Assembly (NCBI GenBank): GCA_022705945.1
Contig: JAKJDL010000002.1
Location: forward strand, 11,196 to 75,195
DNA: 64,000 nucleotides
Origin: Candidatus Omnitrophota bacterium
GTDB lineage: Bacteria; Omnitrophota; Omnitrophia; Omnitrophales; Aquincolibacteriaceae
Direction: 5' to 3'
In this document: piece by piece, positions 10,289-19,891 of the stretch
How the letters are laid out: every line of letters begins with the position of its first letter
Position numbering within the stretch: the first letter of the stretch is position 1
Notes under the pieces: generated by a model
Seen by the model: the letters and a program-made list of their open reading frames with translations, nothing else
What the model was told of the DNA's origin: nothing
The model's database searches: none
Translations under genes and position numbers: made by a program

Positions 10289-10908
10289 GATTTCGGAGCC
10301 TCCGGCGAGGGTGCGGGTTTTGCCGGCACCGCCGCTTTTTTCTTTTCGGCCGCTTCTTTGATGGCCCGGTCAATCGCCTCCGCGTCCCGGGGGCGGATCG
10401 AGTGAAAATAACTGTTTGATTTCAAGAGTTTCTGCATCGGTCTCATGAGGTCTTTCCGGTCGTAGGCTGCGATTTTATGCTCGTGGTCCATGAAGATCGA
10501 ATTAAAGGGGCAGACCTCTTCACAGTTGCCGCAGTTCATGCAGAGCGAATAATCAATATCAAATGCCGCGGGCCTCCGGAGCGGTTTGCCGTTCTCATCT
10601 TTGGCCATGAGCACGTGGATGCACTTGACGGGGCACTCGCGTTCGCAGATGCCGCAGGCGACGCAGCGGGGTTTTTCGGGAGTCTCATCATAGACCAGGA
10701 ACGGGAAATTGCGCGACGCTTCGAAATCCGGAAGGCATTCTTCGGGATACTGGACCGTAAAAATGCCGCCCTCGTCCGGTTTCCTAAAATAGGAAGTAAT
10801 GAAATTCTTGAGGGTCACCCAAAGGCCGCACAGGACTCCCCATCCGAAAAAAGGAACGCTTTTTTTAACGAACTTTCCGTATTCTTTACCGCAACCGGCG
10901 CCGCTCAT
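10285..10908 (-). CDS. nuoI: NADH-quinone oxidoreductase subunit I (2x[4Fe-4S]) with a Lys/Ala/Pro-rich C-terminal tail
   Basis: Two classic ferredoxin motifs, CVACGICERECP and CMNCGNCEEVCP. The start is taken at the internal M (MSGAG…) abutting the nuoD stop. Confidence 0.8.
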   Translation of the reverse strand: MSGAGCGKEYGKFVKKSVPFFGWGVLCGLWVTLKNFITSYFRKPDEGGIFTVQYPEECLPDFEASRNFPFLVYDETPEKPRCVACGICERECPVKCIHVLMAKDENGKPLRRPAAFDIDYSLCMNCGNCEEVCPFNSIFMDHEHKIAAYDRKDLMRPMQKLLKSNSYFHSIRPRDAEAIDRAIKEAAEKKKAAVPAKPAPSPEAPKS

Positions 10909-12056
10909 CGGTCCGTCTCTCCGAGCACGATATCGATACTTCCGAGAATGATCATCATATCCGCGATTTTTTGTCCGACACACATTGTTTCGAGGGCCGA
11001 AAGGTTGATCAGCGAAGGCGCGCGGGCATGACAGCGCCAGGGCTGGGGGGTTCCGTCGCTCAGGATATAAAATCCGAGTTCCCCTTTGGGGGATTCCGTT
11101 CTGGCATAGGCCTCGCCGACCGGAGGCTTGAAGTTTCTTGGAGACCGGATGAACGCCGCCGTTTTCTTGTTAATGAATTCGCCCCGGGGAAGGGCAGCAA
11201 CCGCCTGCCGCAGGATATTAAGGCTTTCCCTTATTTCGAGGATCCTGACGTAATAACGGTCATACACATCGCCCGTTTTACCGAGCGGCACCTTGAAATC
11301 AAAACGGCCGTATAGGCTGTAGCGGTCTGTCTTCCGGATATCATAATTCACTCCGGACGCACGAAGCGCCGGACCCGTAATACCGCTATTGACGGCGGTT
11401 TCGGGAGAGAGAATGCCGGTATTCTGGCAGCGCATGCAGAGGATTTCGTTATTGGTAAGAAGGGTCTCGAACTCATCGAGGAATTTCGGGAGGCGTGCCG
11501 CCATCTTTTTGATTGTCGCGAGATGCTGCTCCGAAAGATCGGATTTGACGCCCCCGATCCGGAAATAATTGCACATCATGCGGGAGCCGGTGAGGTCCTC
11601 GAAGATGTCGAGGATCAGTTCTCGTTCGCGGAAAGCATAAAGGAGCGGGGTAAAGGCCGCCCCGAGATCGTTCAAAAGGAAACCGACCACGGCCATGTGG
11701 TTGACGATTCTCGCCAACTCCGCCATGATGATGCGGATATGATCCGCTCGCTCGGGGACTTCGATTCCCGCAAGCTTTTCCGCGGCCAGCACAAAAGAAA
11801 AATTGTTCGGGATGGCGTTAATGTAATCCATCCTGTCGGTGAAGCCGATGAAACCCGTGTAGGTCAGGTTCTCGCTTATCTGTTCCTGATTCCGGTGAAG
11901 GTAACCCATGACCGGTTTGACTTCGCGGATCGTTTCACCGTCCACGAGAGTGTGAAGGCGGAAAACCCCGTGAGTGGACGGGTGCTGGGGGCCAAAATTG
12001 ATTTCAAGGACTTGCCCGTCCGCTCTTTGTGTTTTTTCTCTGAAAAGGCTGACCAT
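10905..12056 (-). CDS. nuoD: NADH-quinone oxidoreductase subunit D (49-kDa subunit)
   Basis: 383 aa with N-terminal …INFGPQHPSTHGVFRL…, as in NuoD/NdhH. Confidence 0.85.
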   Translation of the reverse strand: MVSLFREKTQRADGQVLEINFGPQHPSTHGVFRLHTLVDGETIREVKPVMGYLHRNQEQISENLTYTGFIGFTDRMDYINAIPNNFSFVLAAEKLAGIEVPERADHIRIIMAELARIVNHMAVVGFLLNDLGAAFTPLLYAFRERELILDIFEDLTGSRMMCNYFRIGGVKSDLSEQHLATIKKMAARLPKFLDEFETLLTNNEILCMRCQNTGILSPETAVNSGITGPALRASGVNYDIRKTDRYSLYGRFDFKVPLGKTGDVYDRYYVRILEIRESLNILRQAVAALPRGEFINKKTAAFIRSPRNFKPPVGEAYARTESPKGELGFYILSDGTPQPWRCHARAPSLINLSALETMCVGQKIADMMIILGSIDIVLGETDR

Positions 12057-12067
12057 AATTATGGATC

Positions 12068-13387
12068 CTAGGCCGGTCTCGGCTCGGCCGCTTTTTCGGC
12101 GATCGCGCGCACGCCCGCTTCACTCAACTCCCGGGCTTTATGTTTCAATTCATCATTTAGTTTGATACCGCGGGCTTCAAGCCATTCGATATCCGCGGTT
12201 TCGAGGACATCCGAATCCTCCTGCTCATAATCTTTCAGAAGGGGATGCCCCTCAAAACCTTCCCATAAAAAAAGACGGCGAAGGTCGGGATGACCGTCGT
12301 AGACAATGCCGAAAAGGTCATAAGCTTCTCTTTCCTGGTATTCGGCGCTCTTGAATACCGGCACCAGGGAAGGGATGTGCCCGTCTTTGCGCGGAACCCT
12401 GACTCGAAGTGTGAGAGGGCCGTGTTTTTCTTTCATGGAGTAAAAGTGATAGACCGATTCGAGATGGGTCACAAGATCCGAGGCTGTGATGCTCGAAAGG
12501 TAATCAAGACGAAGCTCGGGTGCTTCCTTTAGAAAAAGGGCCACCCGCAAAAGATCCTGGGGGTCTTCAAGCAGGATTGAATCCCGGATCAGTTTGAGTT
12601 TGATTCCGGGGAAGCGTAACTCAAGTCCGTTCTTGACGGTTTGAACCTTTAACATGCCGCAGTCTTCCGGGCCAGCATCTTTGGGGGAGTTCTCTTCCTT
12701 TTCAAGATCCGGCGCCCGGAGTTTTTTCCCGGTCCGGATAACATGACCGTAGTGAAGTTTGCGGTAGTTGGTTTTAAAAGGCTGCCACACTTCCGGATTA
12801 TATTTTGGGACAAGACCGTTGGGGCCGAGTTCCGGTATCGGATACTCACGCTTTAGGTTTTTCTTATACCAGTCCGCTTTCAGGATGCTTTGGGAGTCGA
12901 TCTTTTTTTGAAGTTCCATGAGGCCGTGCAGCAGGACCTCGGGGCGGGGCGGGCAGCCCGGAATATGAACATCGACAGGTATGAATCTGTCAATTCCGCG
13001 GAGCACGTTGTAGCCGTCGACGAAAGGGCCGCCGGAGATCGCGCAAGCGCCCATGGTGAGCACATATTTGGGTTCGGGCATCTGATTGTAAAGCCGCACG
13101 ACATTAGGAGCCATTTTCTTGGTAACGGTTCCCGAGACGATCATCAGGTCCGCCTGGCGCGGTGACGCGCGGAAAAGCTCGGCGCCGAAACGCGCGATAT
13201 CATAACGCGCGCAGGCCACGGCGATCATTTCGATGGCACAGCAGGCGAGACCGAACTGCATGGGCCAGATCGAGGAACGGCGGCCCCAGTTATACAGGAA
13301 ATCCAGGCTTGTGATAAAGATATTCCGGCCAGCCATCTCTTCGCGCAGCTTCGGGTCGATCTCGGATATGTTCTGGGTATGTTTCAT
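12068..13387 (-). CDS. nuoBC: Fused NADH-quinone oxidoreductase subunits B and C (NuoBC)
   Basis: N-terminal half has the NuoB signatures ([28 protein letters not shown]). C-terminal half has the NuoC signature [23 protein letters not shown]. It is one uninterrupted 439-aa ORF. Confidence 0.8.
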   Translation of the reverse strand: MKHTQNISEIDPKLREEMAGRNIFITSLDFLYNWGRRSSIWPMQFGLACCAIEMIAVACARYDIARFGAELFRASPRQADLMIVSGTVTKKMAPNVVRLYNQMPEPKYVLTMGACAISGGPFVDGYNVLRGIDRFIPVDVHIPGCPPRPEVLLHGLMELQKKIDSQSILKADWYKKNLKREYPIPELGPNGLVPKYNPEVWQPFKTNYRKLHYGHVIRTGKKLRAPDLEKEENSPKDAGPEDCGMLKVQTVKNGLELRFPGIKLKLIRDSILLEDPQDLLRVALFLKEAPELRLDYLSSITASDLVTHLESVYHFYSMKEKHGPLTLRVRVPRKDGHIPSLVPVFKSAEYQEREAYDLFGIVYDGHPDLRRLFLWEGFEGHPLLKDYEQEDSDVLETADIEWLEARGIKLNDELKHKARELSEAGVRAIAEKAAEPRPA

Positions 13388-13403
13388 GTCCGGCGAATTC
13401 TCG

Positions 13404-13775
13404 TTAGTCCCATTTCAACATCTGCTTCCTCCAGGCGTAGAAAAGCCCGAAAGCAAGGATGGCGATGAAAATGATCATTTCCACAAAGGCGAAAAGGCCG
13501 AGTTTCTGAAAAGCGACGGCCCAGGGATAAATAAAGACAATTTCAACATCAAAAAGAAGAAAAATGAGCGCGAAAATATAAAATTGAACGTGATATTGAA
13601 TCCATGAGTCTCCCTGGGAAGCAAGACCGCATTCGTAAGGAGCTTTTTTTGTCTCGGAAGGTTTTTTAGGTGCCAAAAACCAGGCCAGGACAAGAGGAGT
13701 CATTGCGAAAATAACCGCGAAAACCGCAAAGATCGCCACAAAAAGATATTGGTAAGAGTAGGAAGTGTAAGGCAT
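13404..13775 (-). CDS. nuoA: NADH-quinone oxidoreductase subunit A
   Basis: Three-TM protein with the conserved …YECG… segment. The start is taken at the internal M (MPYTSY…); the longer ORF reaching 13835 is the alternative. Confidence 0.65.
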   Translation of the reverse strand: MPYTSYSYQYLFVAIFAVFAVIFAMTPLVLAWFLAPKKPSETKKAPYECGLASQGDSWIQYHVQFYIFALIFLLFDVEIVFIYPWAVAFQKLGLFAFVEMIIFIAILAFGLFYAWRKQMLKWD

Positions 13776-14003
13776 AGAAGACGCTATTATAAATAGAAAA
13801 CCGTCCAAGTCAATTTTAAGATGCGCGACCGTCATTTATCGTTATAAAAGTATTCCGCAAAACAGGTTAGAACGGTAAAATAACGAATCTCCCGGATTGT
13901 TTTTGGCGGTTCCCGGGATTTTAAAGGAACTTCCGGGTCTTTTTGACGCATCGGACCCTGAATGGGGATGTCCGGGCGGGAGAATAAAAACGAGGACGGA
14001 TTA

Positions 14004-14402
14004 ATGCGGGTCATTGAAGTCGGTTGCGCCATGATTATCAAGGATGGAAAACTGCTTGCTGCCCAGCGGAATCCCGGGGATACGTTCGGAGGTTTTTGGG
14101 AGTTTCCCGGAGGGAAAAAGGAAGACGGCGAGACGATGGAGCAGTGCCTGGTACGGGAAGTCCGCGAGGAGATGGGCGTGGAAATAAGGCCGAGGGAACT
14201 TTTTGATCGCAGTGACTGCGTTTGCCCTGACAAGACCATCCGTCTTTTTTTCTATTTTTGCGATTATGTCGGCGGGAACCCGCAATGCATCGACTGCCAG
14301 AACTTTTTGTGGGCTTCTGCCGGGGATCTTGTCCGCCTTAAATTTCCCGAAGGGGATGCGGATGTTCTCAGGAAACTGATCGATGCAAAATACGTTATTT
14401 GA
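14004..14402 (+). CDS. NUDIX hydrolase (MutT-like)
   Basis: Nudix box GGFWEFPGGKKEDGETMEQCLVREVREEMG. GAGGACGG RBS before the ATG at 14004. Divergent from nuoA. Confidence 0.7.
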   Translation: MRVIEVGCAMIIKDGKLLAAQRNPGDTFGGFWEFPGGKKEDGETMEQCLVREVREEMGVEIRPRELFDRSDCVCPDKTIRLFFYFCDYVGGNPQCIDCQNFLWASAGDLVRLKFPEGDADVLRKLIDAKYVI

Positions 14403-14472
14403 AACATCGTTCCGGAGTCCGTCGGTAAAATGTTCTTCAAGCGGATTTTAAAGGCTATAATAATCGTCTGAT

Positions 14473-16326
14473 ATGAAAAATATTTTTAAACATTCGAATC
14501 GCTCCGGAGTAGAATCCGAAGCGGATTACCTCCGGCGGCCCGTCCGTTTCTCTCTCCGATACAAGCTTGCGGCTCCCGTTTTCCTGCTGGTTTTTTTGGG
14601 ATTCGCTTTTATCCTCTACTCAACTTTTCATACCGTGCGCGATATGATGACAAGCCATAAAGAAGCCCGTCTCAGGACGGTTGCCGAGATTTTTTCGGAG
14701 ACGCTCCGGTTACCGATCAGCGCCAAAAAAGAGAAGGCCCTGAAAGCCTGCATTGACCTTCTTGCCGAGCAGGAGGATGTGGAAGCGGTAATTGTTGAGA
14801 ATGCGAACGGAGAAGTGATCGGAAGCTCCGGGACCGCATCGGGTGTGACGCCTCACTTTTTCCATAAAAAGGATTTCTTTGGGGTCGAGAAAGTCGGTCC
14901 GGATACTTACGCGGCCGTATCGCCTATTATCCATAATGATGAGGTGCTTGGGCGGCTCATCATCCTTTTTACGAGGATTGAGATCGAAAAGGATCTCCGG
15001 AAGGTGTTTGGCGAAAGATTCCTGATGGCCATGGTTTTTGCGATGCTTGCGATATTGATTGTTTCCGGCATCACATGGCTTACGATCCAGCCGCTTTTTA
15101 CCCTGCAGAGAACGGCCCGCAATATTCTGTCCGGAGACCTTGAAGCTCGCGCCTCAATCCGTTCCGGGGATGAGATTCAGGAGGTCGGCGATGCTTTCAA
15201 TAAAGTGGTGGGCCGCCTTGTCCAGAGCTTTGAACATCTCAGGCTCCGGACCCGGGCTCTGGAGGCGTCCGAAGAAAAATACCGTTCAATCGTGAACGCC
15301 GTGAGCGACATTATTTTTTCAATCACGCCCGAAGGAGAGCTGATGCTTCTGAACCGCGGATTTTCGGGCTACGCGCGCGAGGAGATCCTCTCGGAAGGGC
15401 TTCAGCTTTTCTTGTCCATACATGATCCGGAAGATGCCCAAAAATTCCGGGAAGCCCTCGAGCTGATCGTCAATACCCGGCAGCCCGTGCTTCATCTGAA
15501 CACCCGCCACGTTCACCGGGTTTATCATACGGATATTTATTACCAAACGAATCTGACACCCGTGATCGATTATGAGGGCAATCTGCGGCTGATCCAGGGC
15601 GTGATGCGCGATATTACCGAGATCCACCGGGTGGAGATGATGAAAGAGACGCTTGTGCGCGATGTGGCGCATGAGCTGAAAACACCGACGGCAAAATTCA
15701 TTATGACGACCCAGTGGCTTGAAAAGCAGATGATGAAAAATCCGGAGGATCAAAAATTCCTTCCGATGGTTAAGACACTTTCAGAGAACGCGGATCGGCT
15801 GATGAGGACCATTTCGAGCATTATGGACCTTTCCAAGATCGAGTCGGGAATGTCGGATATCAGGAAACAGGCGTTAAATCTCAATGATATCCTGAACCTT
15901 GTTGTAAACGATACCCGGCCTATCGCGGCCAGGTATCACCTCACCATCGACATTGAGCTCGATCCGGCTCTTCCGAAAATGCTTGGGGATCCGGATATGC
16001 TTTACCGTGTTTACAGCAATCTGGTGAGTAATTCGATTAAATATACCCCGGACGGGGGAAAGATTCTCGTCTCATCCTGCCGGAAAGGGCAGGATATTTG
16101 CGCGGATGTCAAGGATACGGGTATCGGGATCGAGCCCGAAAATTTAAAGAAAATGTTCGAAGCTTTCTACCAAAAAACACCCGCCTCGCTCGGGATCGGT
16201 GTCGGACTGAAAATTTCGAAGGAGATTGTCATGCTTCATGACGGAGATATCTGGGCCGAAAGCGAAGGTCTCGGACATGGAACTGTTGTAAAAACAATTT
16301 TCCCGTCGCATGCCGGAGCGGCGTGA
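14473..16326 (+). CDS. Sensor histidine kinase (TM, HAMP, PAS, HisKA, HATPase_c)
   Basis: H-box VAHELKTPT. ATP-lid motifs DTGIGIE and GIGVGLKISKEIV. N-terminal TM segments followed by a HAMP-like region. Confidence 0.8.
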   Translation: MKNIFKHSNRSGVESEADYLRRPVRFSLRYKLAAPVFLLVFLGFAFILYSTFHTVRDMMTSHKEARLRTVAEIFSETLRLPISAKKEKALKACIDLLAEQEDVEAVIVENANGEVIGSSGTASGVTPHFFHKKDFFGVEKVGPDTYAAVSPIIHNDEVLGRLIILFTRIEIEKDLRKVFGERFLMAMVFAMLAILIVSGITWLTIQPLFTLQRTARNILSGDLEARASIRSGDEIQEVGDAFNKVVGRLVQSFEHLRLRTRALEASEEKYRSIVNAVSDIIFSITPEGELMLLNRGFSGYAREEILSEGLQLFLSIHDPEDAQKFREALELIVNTRQPVLHLNTRHVHRVYHTDIYYQTNLTPVIDYEGNLRLIQGVMRDITEIHRVEMMKETLVRDVAHELKTPTAKFIMTTQWLEKQMMKNPEDQKFLPMVKTLSENADRLMRTISSIMDLSKIESGMSDIRKQALNLNDILNLVVNDTRPIAARYHLTIDIELDPALPKMLGDPDMLYRVYSNLVSNSIKYTPDGGKILVSSCRKGQDICADVKDTGIGIEPENLKKMFEAFYQKTPASLGIGVGLKISKEIVMLHDGDIWAESEGLGHGTVVKTIFPSHAGAA

Positions 16327-16350
16327 TCGGTTAAGAGAAGGAGTGATGTT

Positions 16351-16713
16351 TTGATGAAAAAAATATTGATTGTTGAAGATGATATGGATTTTCAGGATAT
16401 CTATTCGCTCTATCTTCGGGAAGAGTCCTACGAAATTCTCCGCGCCATGAACGGCAAGGAAGGACTTGAGGTCCTTGAGCGCACGTGCCCGGACCTTATT
16501 TTGCTGGACCTTATTATGCCCGTGATGGACGGAGAGGAATTCTACGTTGCGCTGCGCAGCCGCAAGGAGTGGGCGGAAATTCCCGTTCTTATCGCGAGTG
16601 TAAATGAAAAAATGCCCCCTAAAATACAGGCCCTCGGCGGGGTTTCCGGAAATCTTCGTAAACCCTTTGGCATGGATTTGCTTCTCGAAAAAGTTCACGC
16701 CTGCCTTGACTAA
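16351..16713 (+). CDS. Single-domain response regulator (receiver only)
   Basis: 120-aa receiver domain (ILIVEDD…LILLDLIMPVMDG…IPVLIAS) with no output domain. Confidence 0.75.
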   Translation: MMKKILIVEDDMDFQDIYSLYLREESYEILRAMNGKEGLEVLERTCPDLILLDLIMPVMDGEEFYVALRSRKEWAEIPVLIASVNEKMPPKIQALGGVSGNLRKPFGMDLLLEKVHACLD

Positions 16714-16732
16714 CATGCGAACGGGATTCTGA

Positions 16733-17161
16733 ATGCCTTACGAGATTTTCGAACATACGGCGGACATCGGTCTCAGACTGGAAGCGGGGAACCTGGAGGG
16801 GCTTTTCCGTGACGCCGCTTCCGGATTTTTTGAACTCTCCACGGATTACGCCGCTTTTAAAAACCCCTCCGGCGAAACCATTCAGCCGGTAGAAATGAAT
16901 TTTCAGGAAGAGAACGCAGAAGAGCTTTTCATGCGATGGCTCCAGGAGCTCCTTTTTTTCTTTTCCGCGCGCCGGCTCGTGATGGTTGATATCCGATTCA
17001 TTACGCTTACGCCGCTTATGCTGAAGATGAAAGGAAGTGCGGTCAGGTTCATCCCTCACAAGCATGCGGCACGGTATGAAATCAAAGCGGTTACTCATCA
17101 TCGGTTCCGCGTTGCCCGGACGAAGAGCGGCTGGGAGGCGGAAGTGGTTTTTGATGTCTGA
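16733..17161 (+). CDS. Archease
   Basis: N-terminal MPYEIFEHTADIGLRLEAG matches the archease signature. Lies directly upstream of rtcB. Confidence 0.75.
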   Translation: MPYEIFEHTADIGLRLEAGNLEGLFRDAASGFFELSTDYAAFKNPSGETIQPVEMNFQEENAEELFMRWLQELLFFFSARRLVMVDIRFITLTPLMLKMKGSAVRFIPHKHAARYEIKAVTHHRFRVARTKSGWEAEVVFDV

Positions 17162-17281
17162 AAAAAACGCGGGACTTGCCGCTCGGGACCCGAAAAAAGA
17201 TCCGAAGGAATCCCTGGTCCCGAAGTGCCTGTTCCGAGATTCCCAATCAGTATCGCGGGTCACAAGAGTTATAAAACGAAT

Positions 17282-18736
17282 ATGGCCGGTTCTATTCCGT
17301 TAATTCGAATCGATGACGTTCGCTGGGAAATTCCGGTTTCCTTCCGGAAAGGCATGCGCGTTCCCGGACGGATCTTTTGCGACGAAAAGAACCTTCCCAA
17401 AATTCACACCGATCAGTCCCTTGAACAGGTTGTGAATGTCGCTTTCCTTCCGGGGATCGTGAATTATGCCATGGCGATGCCCGATATCCATTGGGGCTAC
17501 GGTTTCCCGATCGGAGGTGTCGCGGCCATGGACCCTGACGAAGGCGGCGTAGTTTCGCCGGGAGGAGTGGGTTATGACATCAACTGCGGGGTCCGGATGC
17601 TCCGGACGAATTTGACGGAGCCCGACATACGCCCACGCATCAAAGAGCTTGTTGGAGCGCTTTTTTCCCGAATCCCGTGCGGGGTGGGGGAATCCGGCGA
17701 CATCAAACTGAACCGTAAAGAGATCCGGCAAGTCGCGCGGGAAGGAAGCTCATGGGTGATAAAGCAAGGGTTCGGTGAAGCCCATGACCTTGATCATACT
17801 GAAGCCGGGGGGTGCCTCGAAGGAGCCGACCCCCAAACCGTTTCGGAGCGGGCTTATGAACGGGGGAACGATCAGCTGGGGACCCTGGGATCGGGCAACC
17901 ACTTTCTGGAGGTTCAGGTGGTTGACCGGATCTTTGAACCGGAAACGGCGGCATGCTTCGGAGTTGCCGAAGGGCAGATTACTATCATGATTCACTCGGG
18001 GTCCAGGGGCTTCGGTTACCAGATTTGCGAAGATTCACTCGGGATGACCCGTCGAGCACTGTCAAAATACGGCATTCATGTCCCGGATATCCAACTCTCC
18101 TGCGCGCCGGTTCACTCTTCCGAAGGCAAACAGTATCTCGCCGCGATGCGATGCGCCGCGAATTTTGCGTGGGCGAACCGCCAATGCCTGACGCATCTTG
18201 TGCGTGAGGTGTTCGGAGCCTTTTTGGGAAAAAGCCCGAAAGATCTCGGGATGGATCTTGTTTATGATGTCTCGCACAATATCGCCAAGTTTGAACGGTT
18301 CGCGGTCAACGGCAAGGAAAAAATGCTTTGTGTTCACCGTAAGGGCGCGACCCGTGCCTATGCGCCCGGTTGCGAAGAGCTTCCGGAAGCCTACCGGACA
18401 ACGGGTCAGCCCGTGATCATTCCGGGAGATATGGGGAGGAACTCTTACCTTCTGGCCGGGACACAACAAGCGATGGATGAGACCTTTGGCAGCTGCTGCC
18501 ACGGCGCGGGCCGTGCGATGTCAAGAACCGCGGCGCTTAAAGCCGCACGGGGACACTCGGTCCGCAAGGAACTGGAGGAGCGGGGGATCTTCGTGATGGC
18601 CCGCGGAGAAAGGGGGATCGCTGAAGAACAACCGGCCGCTTATAAGGACGTCAACGAAGTTGTTGATATCGTTTCGCGGGCGGGTCTCGCACGCAAAGTC
18701 GCACGGATGCGTCCTTTGGGCGTGATTAAAGGATGA
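17282..18736 (+). CDS. rtcB: RNA-splicing ligase RtcB
   Basis: Motifs HWGYGFPIGGVAAMD, SHNIAKFE and CCHGAGR. The start is taken at the internal M (MAGSIPLIRIDDV…), which gives a canonical roughly 484-aa protein. Confidence 0.85.
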   Translation: MAGSIPLIRIDDVRWEIPVSFRKGMRVPGRIFCDEKNLPKIHTDQSLEQVVNVAFLPGIVNYAMAMPDIHWGYGFPIGGVAAMDPDEGGVVSPGGVGYDINCGVRMLRTNLTEPDIRPRIKELVGALFSRIPCGVGESGDIKLNRKEIRQVAREGSSWVIKQGFGEAHDLDHTEAGGCLEGADPQTVSERAYERGNDQLGTLGSGNHFLEVQVVDRIFEPETAACFGVAEGQITIMIHSGSRGFGYQICEDSLGMTRRALSKYGIHVPDIQLSCAPVHSSEGKQYLAAMRCAANFAWANRQCLTHLVREVFGAFLGKSPKDLGMDLVYDVSHNIAKFERFAVNGKEKMLCVHRKGATRAYAPGCEELPEAYRTTGQPVIIPGDMGRNSYLLAGTQQAMDETFGSCCHGAGRAMSRTAALKAARGHSVRKELEERGIFVMARGERGIAEEQPAAYKDVNEVVDIVSRAGLARKVARMRPLGVIKG

Positions 18737-18822
18737 TAAAAAAATGAAGGATCTTTTCGCCTGTTCGAAGTCCCTTCCCTAGACAAAGGGACCCCCCTCC
18801 TGTATGATGCATTTTCAAAACC

Positions 18823-19860
18823 ATGGTTGACGAAAAAGACCGCCTTCTTTTAAGCCTTCTCCAAAAGGGAATTCCGTTCATCGGCAGACCGTTTGCCGTT
18901 CTTGGGGCAAAGGCCGGAATGGACGGAGCGGACGCTATTCTGCGGATTGAAAAGATGCGCCGGGAAGGGCTGCTTACGGATATCCGGGCTTTTTGGGACC
19001 CTCAGGCTTTTCGCTATCAGGGTGCCTGGGCAGCCATGAAGTTCAGTAAAAACGATTTTGAGGTCCTCTCCCGAACGGTTTATCAGCATCCCGGGGTTGT
19101 TTATGGTCTTGAACGGGACCATGATCTAAACTTCTGGTTTTTTTTGACGGCTCCGGCCGGGCATGATCTCGAAGCTCATTTCCGGATTCTCCGGAAACAG
19201 ACATATCCTGAGGCCAGCATTTTTTTACCTTTGAGAAAGGTTCTTAAAGGTAACAATCTTTTAAGCTCCCTGACGGGACGCGGGAGTGAAGGCTTTATCG
19301 AACAAGGAGAAAAACGGCGGGGAGTGCAACCTCCCCCATTGACCCTTGATGAACTGAGGCTGATCCGCCTCATGCAGGAGCCCCTTCTCCTGACGGATGA
19401 ACCGTTCCGGAAAATTTCGGAGAGCATGAACGTCCCCGAGGCGATTGCGCTGAATCTTTTGGGAGGTTTCGCGCAGAAAGGTTATCTGAAACGTATCGGA
19501 GCCTATCTGGAATCCCGGGGGCCGGGAAGGGACCCCAGGCATCTGGTCGTCTGGCAGATTGCCGAAGAGAAACTGGAAAAGGTCCGCGGATTTTTTGAAG
19601 AGTTTCCCGAGATCGTTTATGCGGATTCGCGGCCGGGATATCCCGTGTTCCCTTATACGGTTTCGATGCTGATCCGGGCGGGGAGCCTTGGGGAGCTGGG
19701 GATTTTTGTCAAACAAATTGAGGCAAGGATCGGTCAATGGCCTCACCGGATCATCGCGACAATCCGGGAGATCAAAAAGACTCCGGTGAGATATTTCCCG
19801 AAAGAGCTTGACTCGTGGTGGATCAGGCAGCGTCTTTTGGCGGACCCCGCATTTGTTTAG
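18823..19860 (+). CDS. Fused two-domain AsnC/Lrp-like protein resembling siroheme decarboxylase (AhbA/AhbB, NirD/NirL type)
   Basis: Two tandem modules, each beginning with an HTH-like segment ([44 protein letters not shown] and [43 protein letters not shown]). Family assignment is from memory of NirDL/AhbAB. Confidence 0.45.
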   Translation: MVDEKDRLLLSLLQKGIPFIGRPFAVLGAKAGMDGADAILRIEKMRREGLLTDIRAFWDPQAFRYQGAWAAMKFSKNDFEVLSRTVYQHPGVVYGLERDHDLNFWFFLTAPAGHDLEAHFRILRKQTYPEASIFLPLRKVLKGNNLLSSLTGRGSEGFIEQGEKRRGVQPPPLTLDELRLIRLMQEPLLLTDEPFRKISESMNVPEAIALNLLGGFAQKGYLKRIGAYLESRGPGRDPRHLVVWQIAEEKLEKVRGFFEEFPEIVYADSRPGYPVFPYTVSMLIRAGSLGELGIFVKQIEARIGQWPHRIIATIREIKKTPVRYFPKELDSWWIRQRLLADPAFV

Positions 19861-19891
19861 CGCACCGGTCCAAATTTTACGCGCGGGATTT

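Noticed and set aside
17225-17281. Longer N-terminus for RtcB
   Set aside because: The canonical RtcB N-terminus aligns with the internal Met. The extension has no RBS and reads like untranslated sequence.
19861-19891. TPP riboswitch upstream of thiC
   Set aside because: Only about 30 nt separate the upstream stop from the thiC ATG, and no CTGAGA or TPP-aptamer consensus is visible in the preceding roughly 200 nt.
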